A stretch of DNA of 64,000 bases, from assembly GCA_034435615.1 (NCBI GenBank), contig DAOTWZ010000019.1, positions 28,335 through 92,334 on the forward strand. Reading direction: 5' to 3'. The notes below the pieces were generated by a model that was given only the letters and a program-made list of their open reading frames with translations, made no database searches and had not been told where the DNA came from. The translations under genes were made by a program, and so were the position numbers. Below, one piece after another: positions 46,749-56,104 of this stretch (positions are counted from its first letter, which is position 1; each line of letters starts with the position of its first letter). This DNA is from Dehalococcoidia bacterium (GTDB taxonomy: Bacteria > Chloroflexota > Dehalococcoidia > SM23-28-2 > HRBIN24).

Positions 46749-48254
46749 CTAGTAGTGGCGCTGGTAGCCGGGGCGGCGGTCCAGGAGGCGGCGCACCTTG
46801 CCCTCGCCCTGGCGGCCGTAGTTGGTGAGCTCGGCCAGCTCGCCGGCGGGGACGGGCTGCACCTGCACCCGCACGCCCAGATCGGCGTGGAGGCGCACCT
46901 CCAGGTCCCGCCGCAGTGCCTCCTTGTCCACCGACTCGTCCACGTATTCCACCATGACCGTCATCTCGTCCCGGTAGGTGCCGTCCGGGTCGGTGATGCG
47001 GTCCACCACGCAGAGCCACTGGCCGGTGGTGCGGGGGTCGGACTGGACGGCGTTCAGGCAGGCCATGGGGTAGACATTGGTGCCCCGCAGCTTGACCATG
47101 TCGTCGCTGCGGCCCAGGAAGTGGTCCATGCGCAGGAACCAGCTACCGCAGTCGCAGCGCTCGCGGGGGAAGATGCGCACCAGGTCCATCAGATTGTAGC
47201 GGATGAGGGGCGGGTGCTCCCGGTAGAGGGAGGTGGCCACCAGGTTCCCCTTCTGGCCGTAGGGGAGGACCTCGTTGGTCTCCACGTCCGCCACCTCGAT
47301 GATGAACATGTCCTCGTTGATATGGAGGCCCGCCTTGGCCTGGCACTCGAAGGCGGTGAGGCCGATCTCGTGGGTGCCGTAGTTGTCGTACACCGGGCAG
47401 CCCCAGAGCTCCTCCATCTGCCGGCGCAGGTGGCCCTCCGTGTCCGGCCCCAGGAAGGAGGTAATGAACTTGGTGGGGAGCTTCTTGAGGTCCAGCCCCA
47501 TCTCCTGGGCTGTCTTTCCCAGGTGGAGGAGGTACTCCGGGAAGGAGGCCCAGATGTTGGTGCCGAAGGCCTCGGCGTACTCCAGTTGGCGACGGCTGGC
47601 CGTCACCACGCCGCTGCCAGGGGTGATGGGGACCATCCCCAGGTAGTAGTGGCAGGCCAGGTAGTAGACCCAGCCGGCGTTGGCCATGGAGAGGGTGAGG
47701 GGCACCTGGAGGACGTCGCCGGGGCGGGCGCCCTGGATGTAGAGGCCACGGGCCGTCTGCAGGGCCTGGATCTCCCACTCCAGGGGGCCGAAGAAGGTGG
47801 GGCGGGGCCGCCCCGTGGTGCCGCCGCTGGTCTGGATCTTAAGGGGGATGCGGGCGGCGTCCTTGGCCGTCACCCCCTGGTGGAGGCCGTAGGGCGGGTC
47901 CCGCTCGATGGCCTCCTTGAAGTCGCTGACAGTGACGATGGGCAGCTTGGGCAGGTCCTCGATGCTACGGATGTCCTCCTTCTTGATCCCGGCCTCCGCC
48001 CACTTCCGCTGGTAGAAGGGGTTCTGCCAGGCCACCTCCATGATCTCCATGAAGAGCTGGTTCTTGTAGGCCTCGATCCGCTCCGGTGGCCACAGGAACA
48101 TCTCCTCGGCGAACTCGGGGACGGGCGGATGCCGGCGGTAGATGGCCTCGAAGTCCACCACCCGGGAATAGACGGGGACGCGCAGGTTCTCAGACCCCGC
48201 CTTCCGCCACCACTCGCGCATACCTGTCACCTCCTGTCGCTCCGACTCTATCAT
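46749..48254 (-). CDS. phenylacetate-CoA ligase family adenylate-forming enzyme (PaaK / coenzyme F390 synthetase-like)
   Basis: The PaaK-type adenylation core (TSGGTTGRP) and a C-terminal domain; last gene of the ABC uptake operon. Confidence 0.8.
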   Translation of the reverse strand: MIESERQEVTGMREWWRKAGSENLRVPVYSRVVDFEAIYRRHPPVPEFAEEMFLWPPERIEAYKNQLFMEIMEVAWQNPFYQRKWAEAGIKKEDIRSIEDLPKLPIVTVSDFKEAIERDPPYGLHQGVTAKDAARIPLKIQTSGGTTGRPRPTFFGPLEWEIQALQTARGLYIQGARPGDVLQVPLTLSMANAGWVYYLACHYYLGMVPITPGSGVVTASRRQLEYAEAFGTNIWASFPEYLLHLGKTAQEMGLDLKKLPTKFITSFLGPDTEGHLRRQMEELWGCPVYDNYGTHEIGLTAFECQAKAGLHINEDMFIIEVADVETNEVLPYGQKGNLVATSLYREHPPLIRYNLMDLVRIFPRERCDCGSWFLRMDHFLGRSDDMVKLRGTNVYPMACLNAVQSDPRTTGQWLCVVDRITDPDGTYRDEMTVMVEYVDESVDKEALRRDLEVRLHADLGVRVQVQPVPAGELAELTNYGRQGEGKVRRLLDRRPGYQRHY

Positions 48255-48970
48255 ATGCCCAGGTAGGCCTCCCGTATGGACTGCCGCTGCATCAGTTGCT
48301 CTGGCGTCCCCTGGTCGGCCACCTCGCCCGCCTCCAGGACGTAGACCCGCGCGGCCACCCCCAGCGCCATGGGGACGTTCTGCTCCACCAGCAGGACGGA
48401 GGTGCCCTCCTGGCTCACCTCCCGCACAATGTCCGCCACCTCCTCCACGATCTTGGGGGCCAGCCCCAGCGAGGGCTCGTCCAGGACGAGGAGCCGCGGC
48501 CGCGCCATCAGGGTGCGGGCGATGGCCAGCATCTGTTGCTCGCCGCCGCTCATTTGCCCCGCCTGCTGCTGTTTGCGCTCCCGAAGGATGGGGAAGCGCT
48601 GGAACATCGCCTCCAGCGTCTCCCGTCGGTAGGGCCGCGCCCGCCGCGAGAAGGAACCCAGGAGCAGGTTGTCCAGGACGGTCATATCGCCGAAGAGCTG
48701 CCGGCCCTGGGGGACGAGCCCCAGCCCCTGCTCCAGAACGCGGTAGGCCGGCCAGCCGGTGATGTCCTGACCGGCGAAGCGCACCTGCCCGGCGGCCGGG
48801 GTCAACAGGCCAGCGATGGCGGAGACCAGCGTGGTCTTGCCCGCCCCATTGGGACCGATGAGGGCCACCACCTCCCCCTCCCGGACCTCCAGGGAGACGT
48901 CGCGCACCACCAGGAGCCGGCCGTAGCCCACGCTCAGGCCCGTCACCTGCAGCAGGGGCTGCCCGCTCAC
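48251..48970 (-). CDS. ABC transporter ATP-binding protein (LivF-like)
   Basis: GPNGAGKTT, MSGGEQQ, LVLDEPS. Confidence 0.85.
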   Translation of the reverse strand: MSGQPLLQVTGLSVGYGRLLVVRDVSLEVREGEVVALIGPNGAGKTTLVSAIAGLLTPAAGQVRFAGQDITGWPAYRVLEQGLGLVPQGRQLFGDMTVLDNLLLGSFSRRARPYRRETLEAMFQRFPILRERKQQQAGQMSGGEQQMLAIARTLMARPRLLVLDEPSLGLAPKIVEEVADIVREVSQEGTSVLLVEQNVPMALGVAARVYVLEAGEVADQGTPEQLMQRQSIREAYLGI

Positions 48971-49746
48971 GGCGCCGCCTCCCGCCGCTCCCTGGTGCCC
49001 AGGTAGACCTCCCGCACCGTGGGGTTCTCGGCGATCTCCCGCGGTAGGCCCTCCGCTATCTTCACCCCGTAGTGCAGGACGACGATGCGCTGACAGGTGG
49101 CCATCACCGCCCGTATGTTGTGCTCCACCAGCAGGACGCCCAGGCCCCGGCCGGCCAGGGCAGTCACCCGCTCCATGATCTCCCCCTGCTCCTGGGAGGA
49201 GAGGCCCGCCAGGGGCTCGTCCAGCAGCAGCATCCTGGGCCGGGCCGCCAGGGCCACCGCCAGCGCCAGGAGCCGCTGGTGCCCCAGCGAGAGGGACTGC
49301 GCCTCCACCCGGGCCAACTGCTCCAGATGCACCTCCCGCAACAGCTCGTAGGCCTCCTCCTCCACCTCCCGGGCCCGCCGGCGGTTGGAGGGCAGAGGCA
49401 GCAGCCAGCGCAGGTAGCCCCCGCCGTACTTGAGATAGCTGCCCAGGAGGACGTTCTCCAGCACCGTCAGCCGCTGGAACAGGTTCACCGTCTGGAAGGT
49501 GCGGATGATGCCCCGGGACGCCACGTAGTGGGGCGGGCGGCCCGTCAGGTCCGCCCCGTCCAGGCGCACCCGGCCCCGTGTCGGCTTGAGGACGCCAGCG
49601 ATGACGTTCAGAAGGGTGGACTTGCCGGCCCCGTTGGGGCCGATGAGGCCCAGGATCTCCCCCGGCGAGAGGGTGAGGTCTACCTCCTGCAGGGCCACCA
49701 GCCCCCCGAACCGCTTGGTGACTCCCTCAACTGTCAGCGACGACAC
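48967..49746 (-). CDS. ABC transporter ATP-binding protein (LivG-like)
   Basis: GPNGAGKST, LSLGHQR, LLLDEP. Confidence 0.85.
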   Translation of the reverse strand: MSSLTVEGVTKRFGGLVALQEVDLTLSPGEILGLIGPNGAGKSTLLNVIAGVLKPTRGRVRLDGADLTGRPPHYVASRGIIRTFQTVNLFQRLTVLENVLLGSYLKYGGGYLRWLLPLPSNRRRAREVEEEAYELLREVHLEQLARVEAQSLSLGHQRLLALAVALAARPRMLLLDEPLAGLSSQEQGEIMERVTALAGRGLGVLLVEHNIRAVMATCQRIVVLHYGVKIAEGLPREIAENPTVREVYLGTRERREAAP

Positions 49747-50782
49747 CTTTTCTACCCTTCACCCGGAGGCTGCTCACTGCCTGCCAAGTCGCCACCAGAA
49801 GCTGCCCCAGCCGGCCAGGCAGGGAGATGAAGCCGCCAGGTATGGCCAGCATCACCAGGATGAGCATGGCGCCGTAGGCCAGCTGCTCTGCCGTGCCGAA
49901 GCGCCGCAGCCACTCCCCCAGGGCGGTGAGGACGGCCGCCCCCAGGACCGGACCCAGTATGTGGCCCACGCCGCCCACCACCATGTGGACCACCACCAGC
50001 ACCGCCCGGGAGAGGCTGATATCGCTGGGGAAGACCACCAGGTTCAGGTGAGCATACACGACGCCCGCCAGCCCGGCCAGGGCGCAGCTCATCAGGAAGG
50101 TCACCAGCCGGTACCAGAAGGCGTTGATCCCCACCGACTCCGCCAGCGACTCCGACTGCCCCAGCGCCCGCAGGATCAGGCCGTTGCGGGAGGCTATCAC
50201 CCGCCACACCACCCCCACGCTCAGGAACATGAGCCCCATGGTCATGTAGTAATGCCCGGTGGGAGTGGCCAGGTTCACGATCCCCAGATTGGGGGGCACC
50301 GGGATGGCCACCAGCCCGTCCGTCCCCCCGAAGACGTCCTTCAGGAAGCTGGTGAAGAACAGGCGCGTTATCTCCAGGAAGGCGAAGGAAACCAGGAAGA
50401 AATAGGCGCCCCGTAAGCGCAGGGTTATGTGCCCTATGACCAGGCCCACGATGGTGGCGGTGATCATGCCAGCGGGTAGCAGCGCCCAGAAGCTCCACCC
50501 CTGGTGCAGCGCCAGCGCCGCCGCCGTATAGCCGCCGATCCCCATAAAGGCTATCTGCCCCATGTTCAGGAGGCCCGTGGCGTAGACCACCCACAGCCCC
50601 ACCACCAGGGAGACGTTCAGGAACAGGTTGGCCGCCACCCGTAACTGATAGGCGTTCTGGTTGACGACAGGGTACAGCACCACCACCAGGACGATGACCA
50701 CCGCCAGGGCCAGCCCCAGCAGGGGCGACAGGGCCGCCCGTGGCGCCGGCAGTCGCTCTCGAACAGCCTCTTCCAGCTTCAT
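49727..50782 (-). CDS. ABC transporter permease (LivM-like)
   Basis: Polytopic LivM-family membrane protein. Confidence 0.8.
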   Translation of the reverse strand: MKLEEAVRERLPAPRAALSPLLGLALAVVIVLVVVLYPVVNQNAYQLRVAANLFLNVSLVVGLWVVYATGLLNMGQIAFMGIGGYTAAALALHQGWSFWALLPAGMITATIVGLVIGHITLRLRGAYFFLVSFAFLEITRLFFTSFLKDVFGGTDGLVAIPVPPNLGIVNLATPTGHYYMTMGLMFLSVGVVWRVIASRNGLILRALGQSESLAESVGINAFWYRLVTFLMSCALAGLAGVVYAHLNLVVFPSDISLSRAVLVVVHMVVGGVGHILGPVLGAAVLTALGEWLRRFGTAEQLAYGAMLILVMLAIPGGFISLPGRLGQLLVATWQAVSSLRVKGRKGVVADS

Positions 50783-51645
50783 GCCTCAGCCGTCCCCAGC
50801 AGCCCACGCGGTCGCACCACCAGGAAGGCCGCCAGCACCAGGAACTCGATGATGGCCAGCTGGGCGTTGTCCACATAGAGGCCGGCGATCCCCTCGAACA
50901 GGCCCAGCAGGATGGCAGCTATCACCGCCCCGGGCAGGCTACCCATCCCGCCGATGATGACGATGATGAATGCCTTCACCACCAGTTCGCCCCCCATGTT
51001 GGGCTCCACGCTGAAGAGGGGTCCCACCAGGGAGCCGGCCAGGGTGGCCAGGGCCAGTCCCAGAGCGAAGCCGAAGGAGGTCACCCAGGTGGGGTTGATC
51101 CCCATCAGGGCCGCCGCCGAGCGGTTCTGGGCCACCGCCCGGATGGCCCTGCCCACCTCGGTGCGCAGGATGAAGAGGGATACCAGGGCCACTATGACGG
51201 CCCCCACCGCCAGCACCATCAGACGGTCGAAGGAGATGCTGACGCCGCCCACGCGGGCCACCCCCTCGATGACGCTGGGCAGCCCCTGCGGCTGGGCGCC
51301 GAACTCGCTGGTGACGCTCATCCGCACTACCCACAGGAGGCCCAGGGAGAGGACGAAGGCGCCCAGCAGGTCTTCGTGGAAGCGGCGGAAGAGGGCCCGC
51401 TCCACCAGCACCCCCATGACGAAGCCGCCGATGGCGCTCACCAGCACCGCCACGGCGAAGGGGAGCCCTAGCTGGCCGAACAGGTAGTAAGTGACCACCG
51501 CCCCCAGCATGTAGAACTCGCCGTGGGCGAAGTTGATGATGCGCAGGAGGCTGAAGACTATGGCCAGTCCCAGGGCCACCAGGATGTATACCGCCCCCAG
51601 GACAGCGCCACTGCTCGCCCCCTGGATGATCGCTGCCAAGTCCAT
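50779..51645 (-). CDS. ABC transporter permease (LivH-like)
   Basis: LivH-family topology. Confidence 0.85.
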   Translation of the reverse strand: MDLAAIIQGASSGAVLGAVYILVALGLAIVFSLLRIINFAHGEFYMLGAVVTYYLFGQLGLPFAVAVLVSAIGGFVMGVLVERALFRRFHEDLLGAFVLSLGLLWVVRMSVTSEFGAQPQGLPSVIEGVARVGGVSISFDRLMVLAVGAVIVALVSLFILRTEVGRAIRAVAQNRSAAALMGINPTWVTSFGFALGLALATLAGSLVGPLFSVEPNMGGELVVKAFIIVIIGGMGSLPGAVIAAILLGLFEGIAGLYVDNAQLAIIEFLVLAAFLVVRPRGLLGTAEA

Positions 51646-51731
51646 GACCGGCCCCGCTCTCTCTGCCCTAGCGCCGGGCCAGTGGCGGCCCGGCGCCAGG
51701 GTCCTGGCCTCGCACGTCTATCCGGTCCCGC

Positions 51732-52931
51732 TCAGGGCTGGGGCTCCACACGGGCCAGCGGCACCGAGACCCCGCCCCGCATCTCGTACACCAGGTTGGG
51801 GTAGAGGAACTGGTGCTTGGCCCCGTAGGTCCTCTCACCGCCGATGAGCACCTTGCCCAGGATGGTGTCGAAGGAGCCGGTCTGCACTATCGTCTGGGCG
51901 ACCTTAGTGGAGTCGGTGCAGCGGCAGAGGGCCATCGCCTGGGTGACTATCTGGTAGGAGGCGTAGTTGGCGGCGGCGATGAGGGTGGCCGGCTCGCCGA
52001 AGCGCTGCTCGAAGCGCTGGGCGAAGTCCCTCAGGCTGGCCGGCGCCATCTCGCTCTTCAGGTCCCAGCCCTGGATGCCCAGGAGCCCCTCGGCGGCCTC
52101 GGCCCCGGCGGTGCGCACCACCGGTACCGGGTCCAACATGGAAAGCCAGGCCCGCTGCCCACGGTAGCCCAGCTCCCGGAGCTGCTTCAGGATGAGGGCC
52201 CCGTCCGCCGTGGGCGAGCCGGAGAGGTCTATCATGTCCGGGTTCTTCTGGAGGACGCGGGTGAGGAGGGAGGTGAACTCCTGGGTGCCCCGCTGGTACT
52301 CCTCCTCCGCCACCACCTGGATGTTGAGGCCCAGGTTCTTGATGGCATCCTTGATGGCGGCGCTGGTGTCGCGGCCGCTCTGGTCGTTGGGGGAGATGAG
52401 GGCCAGCGTCCTCACATTGGGCCGGTTCTGGGCCACCCAGCGGTAGAACATGGGAGCGGCCTCGTCGGGGCCGATGAGGCTGCGGAAGGAGTGGGGCTTC
52501 TGGGGGCCCAGGTTGGTGCGTCCCCAACAGACGAAGGTGAAGAGGACGCTGTTGGGCTCCGTGATAGCCTGGGCAGCCTCGCAGGTGGCGCCGATGGCGT
52601 TGCCGATGATGAACTTGACGCCGTCCTGGAAGACGAGGCGGTTGGTCACCGTGGCCGTCTCGCCCACGTCGCCCTTGGTGTCGTAGAAGACGTGGCGGAA
52701 GACATACTTGGTGTCGCCTATCTCGATCCCACCCCTCTGCTGCACGTCCTCCTCGAACAGGGTGGCCCCGCGGTCCAGGGCGATGCCCCAGGTGGCGGCG
52801 CCGCCGGAGGCCGGGCCGATGACGCCCATGGTCATGGTCCGGGTCTCGGCCGCCTCCTGTCCACCCTGTCCACAGGCCGCCAGCAGCGCGAGGGCGAGTA
52901 GTGAGAATAGCCAACTAAGACGCGCTTTCAT
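51732..52931 (-). CDS. ABC transporter substrate-binding lipoprotein (Liv-type, probable aromatic or short-chain acid binder)
   Basis: Signal peptide with lipobox LLAACGQG; type I PBP fold; first gene of the operon that ends in the PaaK-like ligase. Confidence 0.8.
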   Translation of the reverse strand: MKARLSWLFSLLALALLAACGQGGQEAAETRTMTMGVIGPASGGAATWGIALDRGATLFEEDVQQRGGIEIGDTKYVFRHVFYDTKGDVGETATVTNRLVFQDGVKFIIGNAIGATCEAAQAITEPNSVLFTFVCWGRTNLGPQKPHSFRSLIGPDEAAPMFYRWVAQNRPNVRTLALISPNDQSGRDTSAAIKDAIKNLGLNIQVVAEEEYQRGTQEFTSLLTRVLQKNPDMIDLSGSPTADGALILKQLRELGYRGQRAWLSMLDPVPVVRTAGAEAAEGLLGIQGWDLKSEMAPASLRDFAQRFEQRFGEPATLIAAANYASYQIVTQAMALCRCTDSTKVAQTIVQTGSFDTILGKVLIGGERTYGAKHQFLYPNLVYEMRGGVSVPLARVEPQP

Positions 52932-52986
52932 AGCCTGACACTCCTTTCCAGCCTGATGACGGCCCAGGGATGGAGCTCCTGCCGCT

Positions 52987-53014
52987 ATTCTATGCCTAAC
53001 TTCGATTGTGTTAA
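52987..53014 (-). promoter_or_regulatory. sigma70-like promoter on the minus strand (TTAACA, 16-bp spacer, TAGAAT) for the binding-protein / permease / ATPase / PaaK-like operon
   Basis: Hexamers read from the reverse complement; about 55-nt leader with an AAAGGAGTG RBS. Confidence 0.5.
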
Positions 53015-53102
53015 TAGCTGGCCTCCCGTTTTTTCACACAACGGCCCCTGCCCGCCGGGGCCGGCGGCGCTTCCCCCCGGCGCGCTCTGAGCGGTGGGCC
53101 GC

Positions 53103-53131
53103 TTGACAGCGCCCGCGGCGGGCCCCATAAT
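53103..53131 (+). promoter_or_regulatory. near-consensus sigma70 promoter (TTGACA, 17-bp GC spacer, CATAAT) for the RDD/SHOCT gene
   Basis: TTGACAgcgcccgcggcgggcccCATAAT read directly from the sequence. Confidence 0.6.
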
Positions 53132-53180
53132 GCAACCGTTCCGGGAAGGGTAGCCACCGGTCACCTCCAGCCCCGTCCTC

Positions 53181-53825
53181 ATGGTGCTCGGCGCTTTCGT
53201 CAGGGACTGCCCCTACTGCGGCTCGCCCGACCAGACGGGCCTCTTCTGCTCCAGTTGCGATGTCTACATGCCGGAGGGAACGGGGGCGGTGAAGAAGGTG
53301 ACCTACAACCGACGGGTCTGGGGCTCCTACCTGCTGGAGAGTCTCCTCTACACCGTCACCCTGGCCATCGGCTGGTACATATGGCTGGCCTTCACCGCCA
53401 AGGACTCCCAGACGCCGGCCAAGAAGCTGCTGAACATCTACGTCCTGGACGTGGAGACGGGACAGCCCATCACCGCCGGTCGGGTCTGGGTGCGGGAGGT
53501 GCTGGTCAAGCAGCTCCTGTCCGCCCTGGCCAGCGCCGTCATCGGCGTCGCCTGGCTCATAGACGGGCTCTGGGTCTTCTTCGACCGCAACCGGCAGGCC
53601 CTGCACGACAAGATAGTGCAGACCGTCGTCGTCCATGCCCCCAACGGCCTGCCGGCCTCCCTGCCGCGGCCGACGCCTTCCGGAGAGGTGCGGCGGGACA
53701 GCCCTGGCGCCGGCGTGAAGACGGTGGCCGAGGAGCTGCGAGAGCTGGCCCGCCTCAGGGACGAGGGCCTCATCACCGAAGAGGAATACGAGCGAAAGCG
53801 GCAGGAGCTGGCGGACAGGCTCTGA
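53181..53825 (+). CDS. membrane protein with an N-terminal zinc-ribbon, RDD-family transmembrane core and C-terminal SHOCT domain
   Basis: CPYCGSP...CSSCD ribbon; two TM segments flanking an RDD-like region; the C-terminal ELRELARLRDEGLITEEEYERKRQEL matches the SHOCT pattern. Confidence 0.65.
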   Translation: MVLGAFVRDCPYCGSPDQTGLFCSSCDVYMPEGTGAVKKVTYNRRVWGSYLLESLLYTVTLAIGWYIWLAFTAKDSQTPAKKLLNIYVLDVETGQPITAGRVWVREVLVKQLLSALASAVIGVAWLIDGLWVFFDRNRQALHDKIVQTVVVHAPNGLPASLPRPTPSGEVRRDSPGAGVKTVAEELRELARLRDEGLITEEEYERKRQELADRL

Positions 53826-53832
53826 GGCGGGC

Positions 53833-54531
53833 TCAGGCGTGCGCCCGGGCCCACTCCAGGAGGGAGCGCCAGATGAGGAGCCCGTCCTCGCCGCCCAAGA
53901 GGGCCTCGCAGGCCCGCTCCGGGTGGGGCATCATCCCCAGGACGTTGCCCGCCTCGTTGACGATGCCGGCGATGTTGTGGAGGCTGCCGTTGGGGTTGGC
54001 CTCCGGCGTCGCCTCGCCCTCCGGCGTGCAGTAGCGGAAAACGACGCGCCGCCGCTCCTCCAGCAGGGCCAGCGTCTCCGGGTCGGCGTAGTAGCGACCA
54101 TCGCCGTGGGAGATGGGCACCGCCAGCACCTGGCCGGGCCGGCACAGGTTGGTGAAGGGGGTCTCCACGCTCTCCACCCGTATGTGCACCCACTGACAGC
54201 GGTACTGGAGAGAGTCGTTGCGGAGAAGGGCGCCGGGCAGGAGGTGAGCCTCGCACAGCACCTGGAAGCCGTTGCAGATGCCGATCACCGGCCGGCCGGC
54301 CTCGGCGTGGCGACGCACCGCCTCCATCACCGGAGAGAAGCGGGCGATGGCGCCCGGGCGCAGGTAATCGCCGTAGGAGAAGCCGCCCGGGAGGACGACG
54401 CAGTCGTAGCCGGTGAGGTCTCTCTCCCGGTGCCAGACCAGCTCCGCCCGCTGCCCCAGGACGTGGCCCAGGGCGTACTGGCAGTCGTAGTCGCTCCAGG
54501 TGCCGGGGAAGACGACGATGGCGAAGCGCAT
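53833..54531 (-). CDS. purQ: phosphoribosylformylglycinamidine synthase I (glutaminase subunit)
   Basis: Class I glutamine amidotransferase with GICNGFQ catalytic Cys and HPER His; GGAGGAGAG RBS. Confidence 0.85.
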   Translation of the reverse strand: MRFAIVVFPGTWSDYDCQYALGHVLGQRAELVWHRERDLTGYDCVVLPGGFSYGDYLRPGAIARFSPVMEAVRRHAEAGRPVIGICNGFQVLCEAHLLPGALLRNDSLQYRCQWVHIRVESVETPFTNLCRPGQVLAVPISHGDGRYYADPETLALLEERRRVVFRYCTPEGEATPEANPNGSLHNIAGIVNEAGNVLGMMPHPERACEALLGGEDGLLIWRSLLEWARAHA

Positions 54532-54652
54532 CTCTCCTCCACCACTATACCGCGGCCCTCCCTCTGATTGAACGGCCAGCCCAGGTATGGAACGCAGGGC
54601 GGGCGTCATGGCACAATCGAAAGGCGCAGTCCAGGACGGGCAGAGGAGCTGA

Positions 54653-56080
54653 ATGGAGGAACAGACGCACCGGGAGCTGGACGCCCTCTTCAGGCCCCGC
54701 TCCATCGCCGTGGTGGGGGCCTCCGCCAACCGGGACTCCCCGGGCTATGACTACGTCCTCTCTCTGGTGGAGTACGGCTTCCGGGGCGAGATCTATCCCG
54801 TCAACCCCCGCCTGGAGGAGCTCCTGGGCTGGCGGGCCTACCCCAGCGTGGCCGCCATCCCCGGCCCCGTGGACTACGTCATCTCCTGCATCCCCAACAC
54901 GGCCGTCCTCCCTCTCATAGACGAGTGCGGGGCGAAGGGGGTGAAGGCGCTCCACCTCTTCACCGCCCGCTTCAGCGAGACGGGGAGAGAGGAGGGCCGG
55001 CGGCTGGAGGAGGAGCTACTGCGCCGCGCTCGCCGGTACGGCGTCCGCATCATCGGCCCCAACTGCATGGGCCTCATCAACCCGGGGGAGGGGATCACCT
55101 TCCGCCCCGATATGCAGGTGCCGGCCGGCCCGGTGGGCATCCTCTCCCAGAGCGGCAACATCATGTTCGAGCTGCACTACCGCGGCACCCCCCGCGGCCT
55201 CCATCTGAGCAAGGCCGTGAGCTACGGCAACGGCCTGGACCTGGACGAGAGCGACCTCCTCCTCTACTTCGCTCACGACCCTGAGACGCGCGTGGTGGGC
55301 GCCTACCTGGAGGGGGTGAAGGACGGGCGCCGCTTCCTGCGGGCGCTGCGGGAGGCGGCTCGCCGCAAGCCGGTGGTGGTGCTCAAGGGCGGGCGCACCC
55401 AGGCGGGGGCCCGCACCGCCGCCTCCCACACCGCCGCCCTGGCCGGCCAGAAGCAGGTATGGCAGGCCGCCCTGCGTCAGGCCGGCGCCATCATGGTGGA
55501 GTCCGTGGACGAGTACCTGGACCTGCTGGTGGCCTTCACCTACATGCGGCCCGGCGGCGGCCGGCGCATCGGCATCGTGGGCGGCGGCGGCGGCCGCTCC
55601 GTCCTGGCCGCTGACCAGTGCGAGGAGGCGGGCCTCACCACACCGCCCCTCACGGAGCGCATCCAGGAGCACATCGGCCGCAAGGCGCCGGACCTGGTGG
55701 GCTGGCTCACCAACCCAGTGGACCAGTCCATCGTGGCCGGGAGCGGCGTCAGCGGGGCAGAGATACTGGCCCTCATGAACGAAGACCCCCAGTACGACGC
55801 CCTCATCGGCATCCTGGGGGAGCCGTGGGCCCTGGGCCGCCCCAACGCCGAGCAGATCGTCAGGCGGGTGGCCCAGCGCTTCTGCGAGATCGGCCGCGAG
55901 GCCCGCAAGCCCATCGCCATCGTGGTGGGGCCGGCCGACTACGGCGAGGAGTGGCAGTGGCGCCTCCTGTGGGAGGCCCGGCAGGAGCTGGTGGCGGCGG
56001 GGATGGCCGTCTTCCCCACGGTGGAGAGCGCCATCTGGGCCCTCTCTCGCTTCCTCCCCTACTGGGAGGAGCGCCTCTAG
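54653..56080 (+). CDS. CoA-binding domain protein of the NDP-forming acyl-CoA synthetase family (alpha-type subunit only)
   Basis: N-terminal CoA-binding Rossmann domain (SIAVVGAS...) and succinyl-CoA-synthetase-like ligase-CoA domain; no ATP-grasp partner adjacent. Confidence 0.7.
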   Translation: MEEQTHRELDALFRPRSIAVVGASANRDSPGYDYVLSLVEYGFRGEIYPVNPRLEELLGWRAYPSVAAIPGPVDYVISCIPNTAVLPLIDECGAKGVKALHLFTARFSETGREEGRRLEEELLRRARRYGVRIIGPNCMGLINPGEGITFRPDMQVPAGPVGILSQSGNIMFELHYRGTPRGLHLSKAVSYGNGLDLDESDLLLYFAHDPETRVVGAYLEGVKDGRRFLRALREAARRKPVVVLKGGRTQAGARTAASHTAALAGQKQVWQAALRQAGAIMVESVDEYLDLLVAFTYMRPGGGRRIGIVGGGGGRSVLAADQCEEAGLTTPPLTERIQEHIGRKAPDLVGWLTNPVDQSIVAGSGVSGAEILALMNEDPQYDALIGILGEPWALGRPNAEQIVRRVAQRFCEIGREARKPIAIVVGPADYGEEWQWRLLWEARQELVAAGMAVFPTVESAIWALSRFLPYWEERL

Positions 56081-56104
56081 AGGCCACCGCAGCCGGGGAC
56101 GGCG

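Noticed and set aside
53015-53040. Intrinsic terminator on the plus strand at ggcctcccgttttttcacac
   Set aside because: There is a T6 tract, but no convincing GC stem precedes it and no plus-strand gene ends upstream. It is more likely part of the minus-strand promoter's AT-rich upstream region.
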